From positions 3,906 to 67,905 of the forward strand of contig DATDFB010000057.1 of NCBI GenBank assembly GCA_036522835.1: a stretch of DNA of 64,000 nucleotides. Direction: 5' to 3'. Position numbers and translations under genes: made by a program. Positions 1 through 9,123 of the stretch are shown here, piece by piece. The notes beneath the pieces were generated by a model. The model saw only the letters and a list, made by a program, of their open reading frames with translations. It made no database searches and had not been told where the DNA came from. Origin of the DNA: Thermoanaerobaculia bacterium (lineage in GTDB: Bacteria > Acidobacteriota > Thermoanaerobaculia > Gp7-AA8). Each line of letters opens with the position of its first letter. The first letter of the stretch is position 1.

Positions 1-427
1 CCTGCGAGACGGTATTGAACACCGACTCCACTTCCTTCCGCTGCACGATCGTCCCCTGGTCGGCGTCGGTCGAGGTCTTGACCAGGCGGAGGTTCGAGTT
101 CACGGCGTTCTCGCGCGACTGCTTGTTGCGCATGAAGTCGATGGCCACGTTCGTCACCATGCGGTACAGCCAGGTGTCGAACGCGTATTGCGGATCGTAT
201 TTCTCGAGGTTCTCCCACAGCTTGATGAAGACGAGCTGGGAGATGTCCTTGGCGTCCTCGGAATTGCCGATGATGCGGTAGCAGAGGGAGTAGACCTTCG
301 ACGTTTTGCGCCGGACCAGCGCCTCGAACGCGTCGGGGTCGCCGCCCCGAATCGTTTCCACGAGCTGCCGGTCATCGGGTTCGACGGTCTCTTTGGTCGG
401 GATCATCAGGCGGAGTTCCGCTGCCAT
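1..427 (-). CDS. ECF (sigma-70 family) RNA polymerase sigma factor, 3' end truncated by the window edge
   Basis: Reverse translation from ATG at 425-427 gives MAAELRLMIPTKETVEPDDRQLVETIRGGDPDAFEALVRRKTSKVYSLCYRIIGNSEDAKDISQLVFIKLWENLEKYDPQYAFDTWLYRMVTNVAIDFMR, a typical sigma-70 region 2. It is not in the ORF track because it runs off the edge. Confidence 0.7.
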   Translation of the reverse strand, partial: MAAELRLMIPTKETVEPDDRQLVETIRGGDPDAFEALVRRKTSKVYSLCYRIIGNSEDAKDISQLVFIKLWENLEKYDPQYAFDTWLYRMVTNVAIDFMRNKQSRENAVNSNLRLVKTSTDADQGTIVQRKEVESVFNTVSQ

Positions 428-521
428 CGTAGACACAATTACGAGGGCCGTCGAGGAAACGTCTAGTCCGCCGCGAAACATTGCCGAAAATCGATTAGCC
501 CCTTAAAATCGAGGCACTTTC

Positions 522-1829
522 ATGCGGGTACTCATCGTCGGGCAAGGCGCGCGCGAGCACGCGATCGCCTGGAAACTCAAGCAATCCCCTCTGGTCAAAG
601 AGCTTTACGCCGCCCCGGGGAACGCCGGCATCGCCCAGGTGGCGGACTGCGTCAACATCGGCGTGGCCGACATCATCGAGCTGGCGGACTTCGCCGAGGG
701 GCTGAAGATCGACCTCACGGTCGTCGGCCCCGAGCTCCCCCTCACCCTAGGCATCGTCGACGAGTTCCAAAAGCGCGGCCTGGCCTGCTTCGGCCCCACC
801 CGGCTCGCCTCCGAGCTCGAAGGCTCGAAGATCTTCTCCAAGGAATTCATGCGCAAGTATTCGATCCCGACCGCCGAGGCCGTCACCTGCGCCTCGATGG
901 ACGAGGCGAAGAGCGCGCTGAAAAAGATGGGCTATCCGGCCGTGCTGAAGGTCGACGGCCTCGCCGCCGGCAAGGGCGTGGTCATCGTCAAGAAGCCGTC
1001 CGACGCCGACGAGTTCCTGCACACGGTCTTCGGCGAGAAGAAGTTCGGCAACGCGGCCGACCGCATCCTCGTCGAGGAGTTTCTGACCGGCGACGAAGTC
1101 TCGTTCATGGCCATCACCGACGGAAAGCGCACCGTGCCCCTCGCCGCGGCAAAGGATTACAAGACCGCGCTCGACGGCGACCTCGGGCCGAACACCGGCG
1201 GCATGGGGGCGCACTCGCCCGCGGTCGTGTTGAGCGGCGACATGGCCGGCGAGGTGATGAAGACCATCATCCTGCCGACCGTGGCGGGCATGGCCACCGA
1301 GGGGCGGCCATACACCGGCGTGCTCTACGCGGGGCTGATGCTGACGCCGAACGGCCCGAAAGTGCTCGAGTACAACTGCCGCTTCGGCGATCCGGAGACG
1401 CAGGTGCAGATGCTGCGGCTCGAGGATGACCTCGCCGACGTCTGCCTCAAATCCGCCCGCGGCAACCTCGGGGACACGAAGCTGGCGTGGCGCAAGGAAG
1501 CGGCGGCGTGCGTCGTCATCGCCGTCGAGGGCTACCCCGACGAGTTCGCGAAGGGGCAGGAAGTGGCCATCGATCCGGTCGACGACGAGGCTGTCGTGAT
1601 CTTCCACGGAGGCACGATCCCGCGCGGCGGGAAGATGATCAACGTGGCCGGCCGCGTGGCCAGCGTCTGCGCCCGCGGCGCGACGCTCACGGAGGCGCTG
1701 GTCAAGGCCTATCAGAACGTGTCGAAGGTGCGATTCGAGGGAGCGCGCTACCGCCGCGACATCGGCTACCGCGCGCTCGAGAACCGCGCGCGCATCTACA
1801 GCGGTACGTTCCCGAGCGTGACGACGTGA
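522..1829 (+). CDS. purD: phosphoribosylamine--glycine ligase
   Basis: 435 aa with full-length ATP-grasp PurD architecture. Starts MRVLIVGQGAREHAIAWKL. Confidence 0.93.
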   Translation: MRVLIVGQGAREHAIAWKLKQSPLVKELYAAPGNAGIAQVADCVNIGVADIIELADFAEGLKIDLTVVGPELPLTLGIVDEFQKRGLACFGPTRLASELEGSKIFSKEFMRKYSIPTAEAVTCASMDEAKSALKKMGYPAVLKVDGLAAGKGVVIVKKPSDADEFLHTVFGEKKFGNAADRILVEEFLTGDEVSFMAITDGKRTVPLAAAKDYKTALDGDLGPNTGGMGAHSPAVVLSGDMAGEVMKTIILPTVAGMATEGRPYTGVLYAGLMLTPNGPKVLEYNCRFGDPETQVQMLRLEDDLADVCLKSARGNLGDTKLAWRKEAAACVVIAVEGYPDEFAKGQEVAIDPVDDEAVVIFHGGTIPRGGKMINVAGRVASVCARGATLTEALVKAYQNVSKVRFEGARYRRDIGYRALENRARIYSGTFPSVTT

Positions 1830-2335
1830 CCGCGCCGTTCGTTTGCATCGTCATGGGCTCCGACTCCGACGCCGAGGTCATGGCGCAGGCGTGCGCGGCG
1901 CTCGACGAGCTGGGCGTCCAGTACGAGATGAAGGTGGCGTCGGCGCACCGTTCGCCGGAGCGGACGAAGCAGGTCATCGACGAGGCCGAGCGCGGCGGCG
2001 CGGCGGTCTTCATCGCCGGCGCCGGCATGGCCGCGCATCTGCCGGGCGTCGTGGCCAGCTTCACGACGAAGCCGGTCATCGGCGTGCCGCTCGCGGGAGG
2101 CGCGCTGCAGGGCTTCGACGCGCTGCTGGCGATCGTGCAGATGCCGCCGGGGATTCCGGTGGCGACGGTCGCGGTCGGCGGGGCGCGGAACGCGGGCGTG
2201 CTGGCGGCGCAGATCATGGCCGCGTCCGACGCGGCGCTGGCGGCGCGCTTGAAAGAACAGCGGGTCAAGATGGCCGAGGCGGTGGCGCAGAAGTCGAAGA
2301 AGGTGGAAAAGTCGACGCGTAGAGTGTCATCCTGA
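1826..2335 (+). CDS. purE: N5-carboxyaminoimidazole ribonucleotide mutase
   Basis: GTG start at 1826 overlaps the purD stop (GTGA). Product VTAPFVCIVMGSDSDAEVM...PVIGVPLAGGALQGFDALLAIVQMPPGIPVATVAVGG is a typical PurE. The last codons run into a family-A palindromic repeat. Confidence 0.88.
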   Translation: MTAPFVCIVMGSDSDAEVMAQACAALDELGVQYEMKVASAHRSPERTKQVIDEAERGGAAVFIAGAGMAAHLPGVVASFTTKPVIGVPLAGGALQGFDALLAIVQMPPGIPVATVAVGGARNAGVLAAQIMAASDAALAARLKEQRVKMAEAVAQKSKKVEKSTRRVSS

Positions 2336-2404
2336 GTCGCGCAGACGGCGAAGGATCCCCTCGGCGGGGGGTTCCTCACCGTCTGCGCGGCTCGGAATGA
2401 CACA
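2324..2404. repeat. Palindromic repeat family A (GTGTCAT(T/C)CCGAG...CTCGG(A/G)ATGACAC type), full copy
   Basis: Inverted termini gtgtcatcctgagtcgcgcagacggcg / cgccgtctgcgcggctcggaatgacac. Related copies at 18401, 37755 and 45109. Confidence 0.8.
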
Positions 2405-3308
2405 CGCACCGCACGCGCATGCCGACCTATCGCGCAAGCTCCTCATCGCCACGATCGCCACGGCCGTCTTCGTCGTCGTCGAGCTGATCGCCGGCATCGC
2501 CGCCAACTCCCTCGCGCTCATCGGCGACGCCTTCCACAACTTCACCGACTCGCTCGCGCTGGTCCTTGCGCTCGTGGCCGTGCGCATCGAGCGGCGGCCG
2601 GCAAACGCCACCAAGACCTACGGGTATCACCGCGCCGGCGTGCTCGCCGCGTTCATCAACTCCGGGACGCTCGTCGCCTTCACGATCTACATCTTCTACG
2701 AAGCGTGGCACCGGCTGCGCGTGCCGCACGCCGTCGACAGCCGGGCCATGCTCGTCGTCGCCGCGGTCGCGTTCGCGCTCAACGCCGCCATCACCTGGTG
2801 GCTGCACGACGAAGGGCGCGAAGACCTCAACGTCCGCAGCGCCGTGCTGCACATGCTCGGCGATGCGGCGTCGTCGGTCGGCATCGTCATCGCCGCGCTG
2901 CTCATCGCCCGCACCGGCCGGCCGTTCTGGGACCCGGCCATGTCGGTCTTGATCGGCATCCTGATTTTGTGGAGCAGCTTCGGCGTGCTGCGCGAGGCGG
3001 TGAATCTGTTGCTCGAAGGGACGCCGCCGGGCATCGATCCCGGCGCGGTCACGCGCGCCATCGAGTCGGTCGAGGGCATTCTCGGCGTGCACCACCTGCA
3101 CATCTGGGGGCTCGGCTCCGCGCGGCGCGCGCTCTCCGCGCACCTCATCGTCGGCGACGTGCCGCTCGCGGCCACGAGCCAGCTCCTCGGCCGCGTGAAC
3201 GCGCTGCTGCACGACCAGTACGGCATCGAGCACACCACCATTCAGTTCGAGCTCGCCGATTGCCCCGAGGAGGATCCGTACTGCTTGCCTATTTCGCGGG
3301 AGTCGTGA
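2397..3308 (+). CDS. cation diffusion facilitator (CDF) family metal efflux transporter
   Basis: 303 aa, six predicted TM helices. His-rich N-terminus (HAPHAH). Conserved CDF region SLALIGDAFHNFTDSLALVLAL. Confidence 0.85.
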   Translation: MTHAPHAHADLSRKLLIATIATAVFVVVELIAGIAANSLALIGDAFHNFTDSLALVLALVAVRIERRPANATKTYGYHRAGVLAAFINSGTLVAFTIYIFYEAWHRLRVPHAVDSRAMLVVAAVAFALNAAITWWLHDEGREDLNVRSAVLHMLGDAASSVGIVIAALLIARTGRPFWDPAMSVLIGILILWSSFGVLREAVNLLLEGTPPGIDPGAVTRAIESVEGILGVHHLHIWGLGSARRALSAHLIVGDVPLAATSQLLGRVNALLHDQYGIEHTTIQFELADCPEEDPYCLPISRES

Positions 3309-4806
3309 CCGTCACCTTCGTCACGCCGAACGGCAGCAGCATCGCGAAGTTCGGCGCGACGGCGTAGAACGGGCGGAGGTCGATCGGATTGCCGAGGAGC
3401 GCCGTGCCCGCTTTCGCACAGAGATCGCCCGTGCGGAGCATGTTCTCGATCGGGCGCTTCACGCGCATGGTCGGATAGAGCGCGTTCACCTCGTCGCGCA
3501 GGTTGCCTTGCGGCTTCTCTTTGTACTCCTTCGTGAACGACGTGACGGCGAGCTGATTGCCTTTCAGCTCCGCCTGCCAGGCCACGTGCGGCGCGCCCTC
3601 GGACGGGAAGCCGTCGTACCCGCCGTGGAAGAGAACCCCCGCCGGCGTCACCTCGGCGGCCATGTCGATGAGGTGTCCGCACGCGGCGGCGTTGACGTAT
3701 GACACATCCTGCCTGGCGATGCGATTCTGCGCGTCGTAGGTGTAGCGCGACGTGACGGCCTGCCCGTCGAGCACGAGCTCCTCGCGGTCGAGCAGCCACG
3801 CCTCGCCCGCTTTGTGCGCTCGGAAGTCGAGGAGGCCGGCGCGCTCGAGGTAGTCGGCGCCCTGCACGAGGCCCGGCCCGCTCAGGATCTCGCCGTCGTA
3901 CGTCCACCCCTCGCGCTTGCGCGCGTCCTGGATCTGCTTCTGCTTCACCGGCGTGTAGCGAAGGTCGTCGAACGGCACGCACGACAGCGTCTCGTTTCTG
4001 GCGACGCGGTCGTCGGCGTAGAACGACGTGCGCGTCGCGCCGTCGCTGCACGCGCGCGCATTCGCGTACGGCCCGTGCCAGCAGCGCGGGCACCACATCG
4101 CCCCCGTGGGGAGGCGGAGGCCGCAGAACGAGCAGACGATCTTCGTCTTCATGTCGTCGATCTCGCTCTCGAGCGCGAGGATGTGCGGCTCGATGTCCGC
4201 CTTTGACGCGGCGTCGAGGCCGGCGTAGCGGTGGAAGCGCTCCGCGGCCGTCGCCAAGTCGCCGCGCTTCTCGAAGATCACCGCCTCGTTGTAGACCGGC
4301 GCCGGGTCGTTCGGCCGCTTCTGCTCCGCGTCCTGAAAGAGCTTGAGCGCGGCGTCGTAGTCGCCCTTTTGGTAGAGGAAGCGGCCGCGCGTGAAGATCT
4401 CCGTGTACTCGTCCTCGGCCTGTTTCTTCTTCTGCAGCTCGCGCTGGAAGTCGAGCTCGAGCTGGAGCTTGGCGAGGTTCTCCTTTTCCGGTCCGGCCGG
4501 GTAGAGCTGGTTGTAGCGGTCGACTTTCTGCTGGGCCTCGGAGACGCGCCCGGCCTTGGCGAGCGTGAGGGCCATGTCGTACAGCACGCCGGCGACGTCG
4601 GGCTGCAACTGATCGGCCTTCGCGAACTGCGCGTAGGCCGCGGTGTAGTCCTTCATCGAATAGAACTTCTGGCCGAAGAAGACGGCCTTGGTGAACTCGT
4701 CCTCCGGCTGCTGCGCAAGACCGAATGCAGAATGCAGGATGCAGAATGCAGAAACGAGCAGCACCGCTCGCCATTCTGCATTTTGCATTCTGCATTCTGC
4801 ATTCAT
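3289..4806 (-). CDS. TPR-repeat protein with internal zinc-ribbon (CxxC...CxxC) and a C-terminal domain of unknown function
   Basis: The real protein is the C-terminal 505 aa of the 1115-aa ORF-track entry. The start ATG at 4804-4806 makes an ATGA overlap with the stop of the upstream gene. Motif IVCSFCGLRLPTGAMWCPRCW. The N-terminal 25 codons lie inside a family-D palindromic repeat. Confidence 0.55.
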   Translation of the reverse strand: MNAECRMQNAEWRAVLLVSAFCILHSAFGLAQQPEDEFTKAVFFGQKFYSMKDYTAAYAQFAKADQLQPDVAGVLYDMALTLAKAGRVSEAQQKVDRYNQLYPAGPEKENLAKLQLELDFQRELQKKKQAEDEYTEIFTRGRFLYQKGDYDAALKLFQDAEQKRPNDPAPVYNEAVIFEKRGDLATAAERFHRYAGLDAASKADIEPHILALESEIDDMKTKIVCSFCGLRLPTGAMWCPRCWHGPYANARACSDGATRTSFYADDRVARNETLSCVPFDDLRYTPVKQKQIQDARKREGWTYDGEILSGPGLVQGADYLERAGLLDFRAHKAGEAWLLDREELVLDGQAVTSRYTYDAQNRIARQDVSYVNAAACGHLIDMAAEVTPAGVLFHGGYDGFPSEGAPHVAWQAELKGNQLAVTSFTKEYKEKPQGNLRDEVNALYPTMRVKRPIENMLRTGDLCAKAGTALLGNPIDLRPFYAVAPNFAMLLPFGVTKVTVTTPAK

Positions 4807-4808
4807 TG
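4720..4808. repeat. Palindromic repeat family D (AGAATGCAGAATGC...GCATTCTGCATTCT), variant copy
   Basis: ccgaatgcagaatgcaggatgcagaatgcaga...ccattctgcattttgcattctgcattctgcattc. Related to the copies at 16331 and 19814. Confidence 0.75.
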
Positions 4809-5915
4809 CAGCAGCGCCTCCACCACCCCGCCCACCCAATCGTCGATCACCGGCGACGTTGCCAGATACGAGTAGAGTGCGTGGCGCTTCTGCTCCGACG
4901 GCGCGCTCGGGTTGCGCAGCACGCCCGCAGGATCGGGCATCAGGTCGACCACGACGTCGCGCGCGTCGCGCGGCGCCCAGTGCGAGGGCATGTCGCTGCC
5001 GAAGAGCTTCGACACGAGCGCAAGGCGGTCGCTTTCGCCGTGCGCGGCGCGCGCGGCGGCGGCGAGGCGGCCCTTCGAGCTCTCGATGAGCATGCGAAGA
5101 TTGGATAGCACCTGCAGCCGGCGCGTGCAGGCCTCGAGGATCTTGACGTCGGAGAGGGCCGTGCTGGCGGCGAGGATCTTCTGGATGCGGTCGGTCTCGA
5201 CGGAGATGAACGCGTCGGCCGGATCGTCGGCAGGGGGCGCCGGCTCGTCGACCTTCACCTCCGGCGTGGCCGGCGTGGCCACCGGCGCGGGCGGCATGGC
5301 CGGCGTCGGCACGATCTCGGCGAGCGGCAGATCGGAGATGGCCGGCGCATCGCCGATCTCGCTCTTCGGCATGCGCAGATCGGCCGGCTCGTTGGCGATC
5401 GCCGCCGGCGGCGGAGCGGGCGGCAGCGGCACGAGCTTCGCCGCACCGAACGGCGAGCCCGCCGGCGCGGCGGGGTCGCGCATCAAATCCGAATCCGTCG
5501 GCACTTCGGCGTCCATCAGCCGCTCGCGCACGCGCAGCCGCGTGTCGCCTGCCTGGCGCAGTTGAGCGTTGCGGGCCACGTCGTTGAGGTACGTCGCGCT
5601 CATGTCGCAGTGGCAGGGGCCGAAGTTGTCGGGCAGGTAGCGCTTGTCGTTGCGCTGGCGGTAGAAGTCGACGACCGCGGCGTTGTGGCGCATGGCCGCG
5701 TCGCGGGCGCGCTCGCAGGCGGCCTGCGAGGCGAACTGGTTGATGCCCGAAAACTCGTTGAAGCCGCGTAGTTCCGGGTTGTACATCTGCACGTGGTAGT
5801 GGAAGACGTCGCAGTGCGCCGGGGGCGTCGCAGAAGGCGGGCAGAGCAGCGCCTGCCCGAGGGCCGAGCCCGCCGTCACCGCCGCCACGAGAAAAACGCT
5901 TACGCGAAGCCGCAT
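4803..5915 (-). CDS. hypothetical secreted protein with Pro/Ala-rich linker
   Basis: Signal-peptide-like N-terminus MRLRVSVFLVAAVTAGSALGQA. Central PAPPPAAIANEP...PAMPPAPVATPATPE linker. The start ATG sits in the terminus of a family-B repeat. Confidence 0.5.
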   Translation of the reverse strand: MRLRVSVFLVAAVTAGSALGQALLCPPSATPPAHCDVFHYHVQMYNPELRGFNEFSGINQFASQAACERARDAAMRHNAAVVDFYRQRNDKRYLPDNFGPCHCDMSATYLNDVARNAQLRQAGDTRLRVRERLMDAEVPTDSDLMRDPAAPAGSPFGAAKLVPLPPAPPPAAIANEPADLRMPKSEIGDAPAISDLPLAEIVPTPAMPPAPVATPATPEVKVDEPAPPADDPADAFISVETDRIQKILAASTALSDVKILEACTRRLQVLSNLRMLIESSKGRLAAAARAAHGESDRLALVSKLFGSDMPSHWAPRDARDVVVDLMPDPAGVLRNPSAPSEQKRHALYSYLATSPVIDDWVGGVVEALLQ

Positions 5916-5977
5916 GTGGAGCGCGCCGGCCATGCCGGCGCCGTAAGAGCGGCGGCATGGCCGCCGCACTCCACAGA
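5911..5977. repeat. Palindromic repeat family B (CATGTGGAGTGCGGCGGCCATGCCGCCGC hairpin type), full copy
   Basis: tgtggagcgcgccggccatgccggcgc / gcggcggcatggccgccgcactccaca inverted arms with a small loop. Related copies at 11935, 39177, 48433, 50644 and 51916. Confidence 0.8.
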
Positions 5978-6039
5978 ATATACGACTTCAACACCGCGGC
6001 CCCTCTCGTCGTACCGCTGGCGACGAAAGGAGAACCTCC

Positions 6040-6507
6040 ATGAACAAGAAGCACCTCACCATCGCCGGAGTGATCGCGGCGCTCGTCCTCGTCGCGGCGC
6101 CCTTCGCGCTCGCCCAGCGGATGCACGGCGCGGCTCGCGGCGGCCCCGGCAGCGACCTCGGCGGCGTGATGTTCCTCGGGCACCTCCAGCGCGCCAAGCA
6201 CGCCCTCGGCCTCTCGGACCAGCAGGTCACCGACATCGAGACCATCTTCCGCGACCTGCGCACGCAGAACCAGACCTACCGCGACTCGCTTCACGGCGCG
6301 ATGGGCGAGATTGCCACCACGCTCATCAACAATCCGAACGATCTCGCGGCGGCGCAGGCGCTGCTCGACAAGCAGGAAGCGACCGAGCATCAGATGAAAG
6401 TCAACGCCCTGCAGGCGGCGTCGAAGGCGCTCAACGTCCTGACGCCCGATCAGCGCGCCAAGCTCGGCGACTTCATCAAGGAGCATCACGGCCCGATGGC
6501 GCGGTAA
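6040..6507 (+). CDS. periplasmic LTXXQ-motif protein (Spy/CpxP/ZraP family-like)
   Basis: Signal peptide MNKKHLTIAGVIAALVLVAAPFALA. LTPDQRAKL motif. Helical composition. Confidence 0.65.
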   Translation: MNKKHLTIAGVIAALVLVAAPFALAQRMHGAARGGPGSDLGGVMFLGHLQRAKHALGLSDQQVTDIETIFRDLRTQNQTYRDSLHGAMGEIATTLINNPNDLAAAQALLDKQEATEHQMKVNALQAASKALNVLTPDQRAKLGDFIKEHHGPMAR

Positions 6508-6511
6508 GACG

Positions 6512-7153
6512 ATGGAACTGGCGGCTGTCAACGGAGCCCTGCTCCTCGATCGTCTAAGCTGGGTAGTGACGGCAGGATTCGAGACACTGCAACAGCCCGG
6601 CGACACCTTCGAGCAGCGCGCGATCGACGCGGTCAAACGCGGCGACGCATCGGCGTACGACTATCTCGTGTCAAAATACATGAAACGAGTGGTGTCGATC
6701 GCCTGGGGAATCGTGCGCAACGCGCACGACGCGGAAGACCTCGCGCAGGAGGCTTTCGTGAAGGCCTACCAGACCATCGGCCGCTTCAAGACGGGACAAC
6801 CTTTCGGTCCGTGGATCTATCGAATCGTGACGAACCTTTCATTGGACGTGGTCAAGCATCGCAAGCGCTTCCGCCACGAAGAGCTGCGCGACGTCGAGCC
6901 GGCGGCCCGCCGCGACGAGGCCGATCTGCCGGCGCGCGCGAACGAGCTGTCGGCGCGCATCGACGAGGCCATCGAGTCGCTGCCGGAGATGCAGCGCATC
7001 GTGGCCCGGCTCTACCTGGTCGAGGAGTTCAGCCACACCGAGATCGCGGAGATGACCAATCTGAGCGAGGGGACGGTGCGCTCGCACCTCTCCCTCGCGC
7101 GCGGAAAGCTCAAAGAGCGATTGAGCGATTTGTACGGAGAAGACCATGAGTGA
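6512..7153 (+). CDS. ECF RNA polymerase sigma factor (sigma-E/RpoE-like)
   Basis: Region 2 (DAEDLAQEAFVKAYQTIGRF...PWIYRIVTNLSLDVVKHRKR) and region 4 (LPEMQRIVARLYLVEEFSHTEIAEMTNLSEGTVRSHLSLARGKLKERL). The true start may be internal. Confidence 0.85.
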   Translation: MELAAVNGALLLDRLSWVVTAGFETLQQPGDTFEQRAIDAVKRGDASAYDYLVSKYMKRVVSIAWGIVRNAHDAEDLAQEAFVKAYQTIGRFKTGQPFGPWIYRIVTNLSLDVVKHRKRFRHEELRDVEPAARRDEADLPARANELSARIDEAIESLPEMQRIVARLYLVEEFSHTEIAEMTNLSEGTVRSHLSLARGKLKERLSDLYGEDHE

Positions 7154-7448
7154 CGACAACTTCCTGGAGCGCCTCCGCGGCGACGCGCGGCAGCTTCGCT
7201 ACGAGCCCGGCGACTTCGCCTTCGCGCGCCTGCAGGCGCGCGTGCGCGAGCGCCTCACCCAGCCGACCGCGGCCCAGTTTCTGGCGTCGTGGTTCCGGCC
7301 GCTCTCCGCGTCGCTGGCGGCGCTGTCGCTGGTAGCGGCCCTCGGCACGGCCTACTATGTCGACACGCGCGACCAGGTGACGATGGACTCCATGGCATCG
7401 AACTCCGTCGAGATCACGGTGGACGGGGCCACGTACAGTGTCGACTAG
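7146..7448 (+). CDS. putative anti-sigma factor (small, single TM)
   Basis: Overlaps the sigma-factor stop. 100 aa with one hydrophobic segment (LSASLAALSLVAALGTAYYV). Position is typical for the cognate anti-sigma. Confidence 0.45.
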   Translation: MSDDNFLERLRGDARQLRYEPGDFAFARLQARVRERLTQPTAAQFLASWFRPLSASLAALSLVAALGTAYYVDTRDQVTMDSMASNSVEITVDGATYSVD

Positions 7449-7854
7449 CCCCCGCGCCGTGGCGGCGCTGCTGATCGTGGCGGCGCTCATCGCCGGCATC
7501 GTCGTCGGCGTGGCCGGCGACCGCCTCTACATGATGCGGCGCGTGCCGCATCCGCCGCGATTCATGTCCGACCGGTTCGTCGAGCACCTCGATCGCGAGC
7601 TGCAGCTCACGCCGCAACAGCGCGACGCGGTCAAGCAGATCAGCGAGCGCCACCGCCAGCGCATCCAGGCGCTCTCCGACAGCATCCGTCCGCAGATGCG
7701 CCAGGAGCTCGACGCCATGAACGCGGAGATCGAGAACGTGCTGAACCCCGATCAGCAGAAGAAGTTCCGCGAGCTGTCGTCGCGGATGCACCGCCGGCGC
7801 GGCTCGCGCAGCGGCATGCCGCCCGCGGGTAGTCCGCCGCCGCCGCAGCCCTAA
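7438..7854 (+). CDS. membrane-anchored periplasmic LTXXQ-motif protein (Spy/CpxP-like)
   Basis: N-terminal TM helix AVAALLIVAALIAGIVVGVA. Two LTXXQ-type motifs (LTPQQRDAV, LNPDQQKKF). Confidence 0.55.
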   Translation: MSTSPRAVAALLIVAALIAGIVVGVAGDRLYMMRRVPHPPRFMSDRFVEHLDRELQLTPQQRDAVKQISERHRQRIQALSDSIRPQMRQELDAMNAEIENVLNPDQQKKFRELSSRMHRRRGSRSGMPPAGSPPPPQP

Positions 7855-9077
7855 CGCGCTGAGTCCGGCCGCACGCGCAAAAAGAACGTGCAGGCCTTCC
7901 CCGTCTTCGACTCCACCCACACCGAGCCGGAGTGGGCCACGGCGAATTCGCGCACTTTGAAGAGGCCGCGGCCGGTGCGCTCGGCGGCGTTCGGGTTCCA
8001 GACGAACGACGGCTCGAAGATCGCCGCGCGCAGATCCTCGGGGACGACCGGGCCGTTGTCCATCACGAAGAACAGCAGCAGCGGACGCCCCTTGTGCTCC
8101 ATCCAGCGCACGCCGACGACGACCTGCCCGCCCGCCGGCACGTAGTGCAGCGAGTTGTCCATCAGAATGCCGAGGGTGTCGGCGAGCTGGTCGTGGTTGC
8201 GGAAGCGCTCTTCGAGATCGGGAACGTCGACCTGCAGGTGGATCCCTTTGAGATCGGCGAACTGCTGGAAGCGGTTGGCGACGGTATGCACGACGTCGAC
8301 GACTTTCGGGATGCGCGTCTCCGGCGCCGGCTCCTCGACCTCGGGGGCCATCTCCAGCGACGAGAGGACCTGATCGATCGTCCCGGCGGCGTCGTCGAGC
8401 AGCGGATCGCTGTTGCGCTTGCGCGACGCGGCGATCATGGAGTCGCGCAGGAAGCGCATCGGCATCAGCACGGTCTCGCGCACGAAGGCGACGAAGGAAG
8501 CGTGCGATTCGCTGGCCGAGTCCGCCGGACGGAAGACGAGCACCGCGCCGCTCGCGCCGCCGGAGAGCGGGACGAGCGAGTAGATGATGTTCTGGTTGCC
8601 GATGTGCAGCGCCGAGGTGGCCGGCACGGAAAGCTCGCCGATGTGCAGCCCCGCCAGCGCCTCGATCTGCTTGACCGTGCCGAGGTCCGACTGCGCGACG
8701 CCGAAGAGCTTCTTGGCCTGCGACGTGACGAACTTCACGCCGCGGTCGGGCCCGAGGACGATCGAGGCGACGCCGGCGGCGATCAGCACGTTGGCGACGC
8801 TGGTGATCGCCAGCGAAGCCGACTCGACGGGGAAGGGAACGACGGGGGCTTTCGGGAACGCATCGGGAGCCACCGCCGGCGCGGTCGCTTGCGCCGCCGA
8901 TCCCTCGCCTCGCGAGGCGGGGAGAGGGTGGCGCGAAGCGCCGGGGGAGGGGCCGACGTTCGGCACCGCGGTCGTACCGCTCTCCGTCTTCGCTTTCGGT
9001 TTCCGCGGCTTATCGCATTTCTCGCAGAGAATGCCTTCCGAGATCGCCGCGCCGCACATGAAGCACTTGGAGGCCAT
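7851..9077 (-). CDS. soluble histidine-kinase-like protein with N-terminal zinc ribbon and C-terminal HATPase_c domain
   Basis: CFMCGAAISEGILCEKCDKP zinc ribbon. N-box LMDNSLHYVPAGG, G1 VMDNGPVVPED, G2 RTGRGLFKVREF. Possible degenerate H-box SHASFVAFVRETV. Confidence 0.6.
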   Translation of the reverse strand: MASKCFMCGAAISEGILCEKCDKPRKPKAKTESGTTAVPNVGPSPGASRHPLPASRGEGSAAQATAPAVAPDAFPKAPVVPFPVESASLAITSVANVLIAAGVASIVLGPDRGVKFVTSQAKKLFGVAQSDLGTVKQIEALAGLHIGELSVPATSALHIGNQNIIYSLVPLSGGASGAVLVFRPADSASESHASFVAFVRETVLMPMRFLRDSMIAASRKRNSDPLLDDAAGTIDQVLSSLEMAPEVEEPAPETRIPKVVDVVHTVANRFQQFADLKGIHLQVDVPDLEERFRNHDQLADTLGILMDNSLHYVPAGGQVVVGVRWMEHKGRPLLLFFVMDNGPVVPEDLRAAIFEPSFVWNPNAAERTGRGLFKVREFAVAHSGSVWVESKTGKACTFFLRVRPDSAR

Positions 9078-9123
9078 TGAGGGTCACCGATCTTAGCAAA
9101 TCACGGTAGACTCCGCGCCCGCC

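Noticed and set aside
747-2409. Several minus-strand ORFs (747-1607, 1702-2409) and plus-strand ORFs 1487-2335 and 1843-2322
   Set aside because: They overlap purD/purE in other frames. The purD/purE reading frames have clear conserved motifs, while these are low-complexity shadows.
3289-6636. 1115-aa minus-strand ORF spanning 3.3 kb
   Set aside because: Only the last ~505 codons (3289-4806) form a coherent TPR protein. The upstream part is antisense to the + strand sigma/LTXXQ genes and to the 4803-5915 gene. It is Arg/Ala-rich nonsense of the kind typical of high-GC antisense frames.
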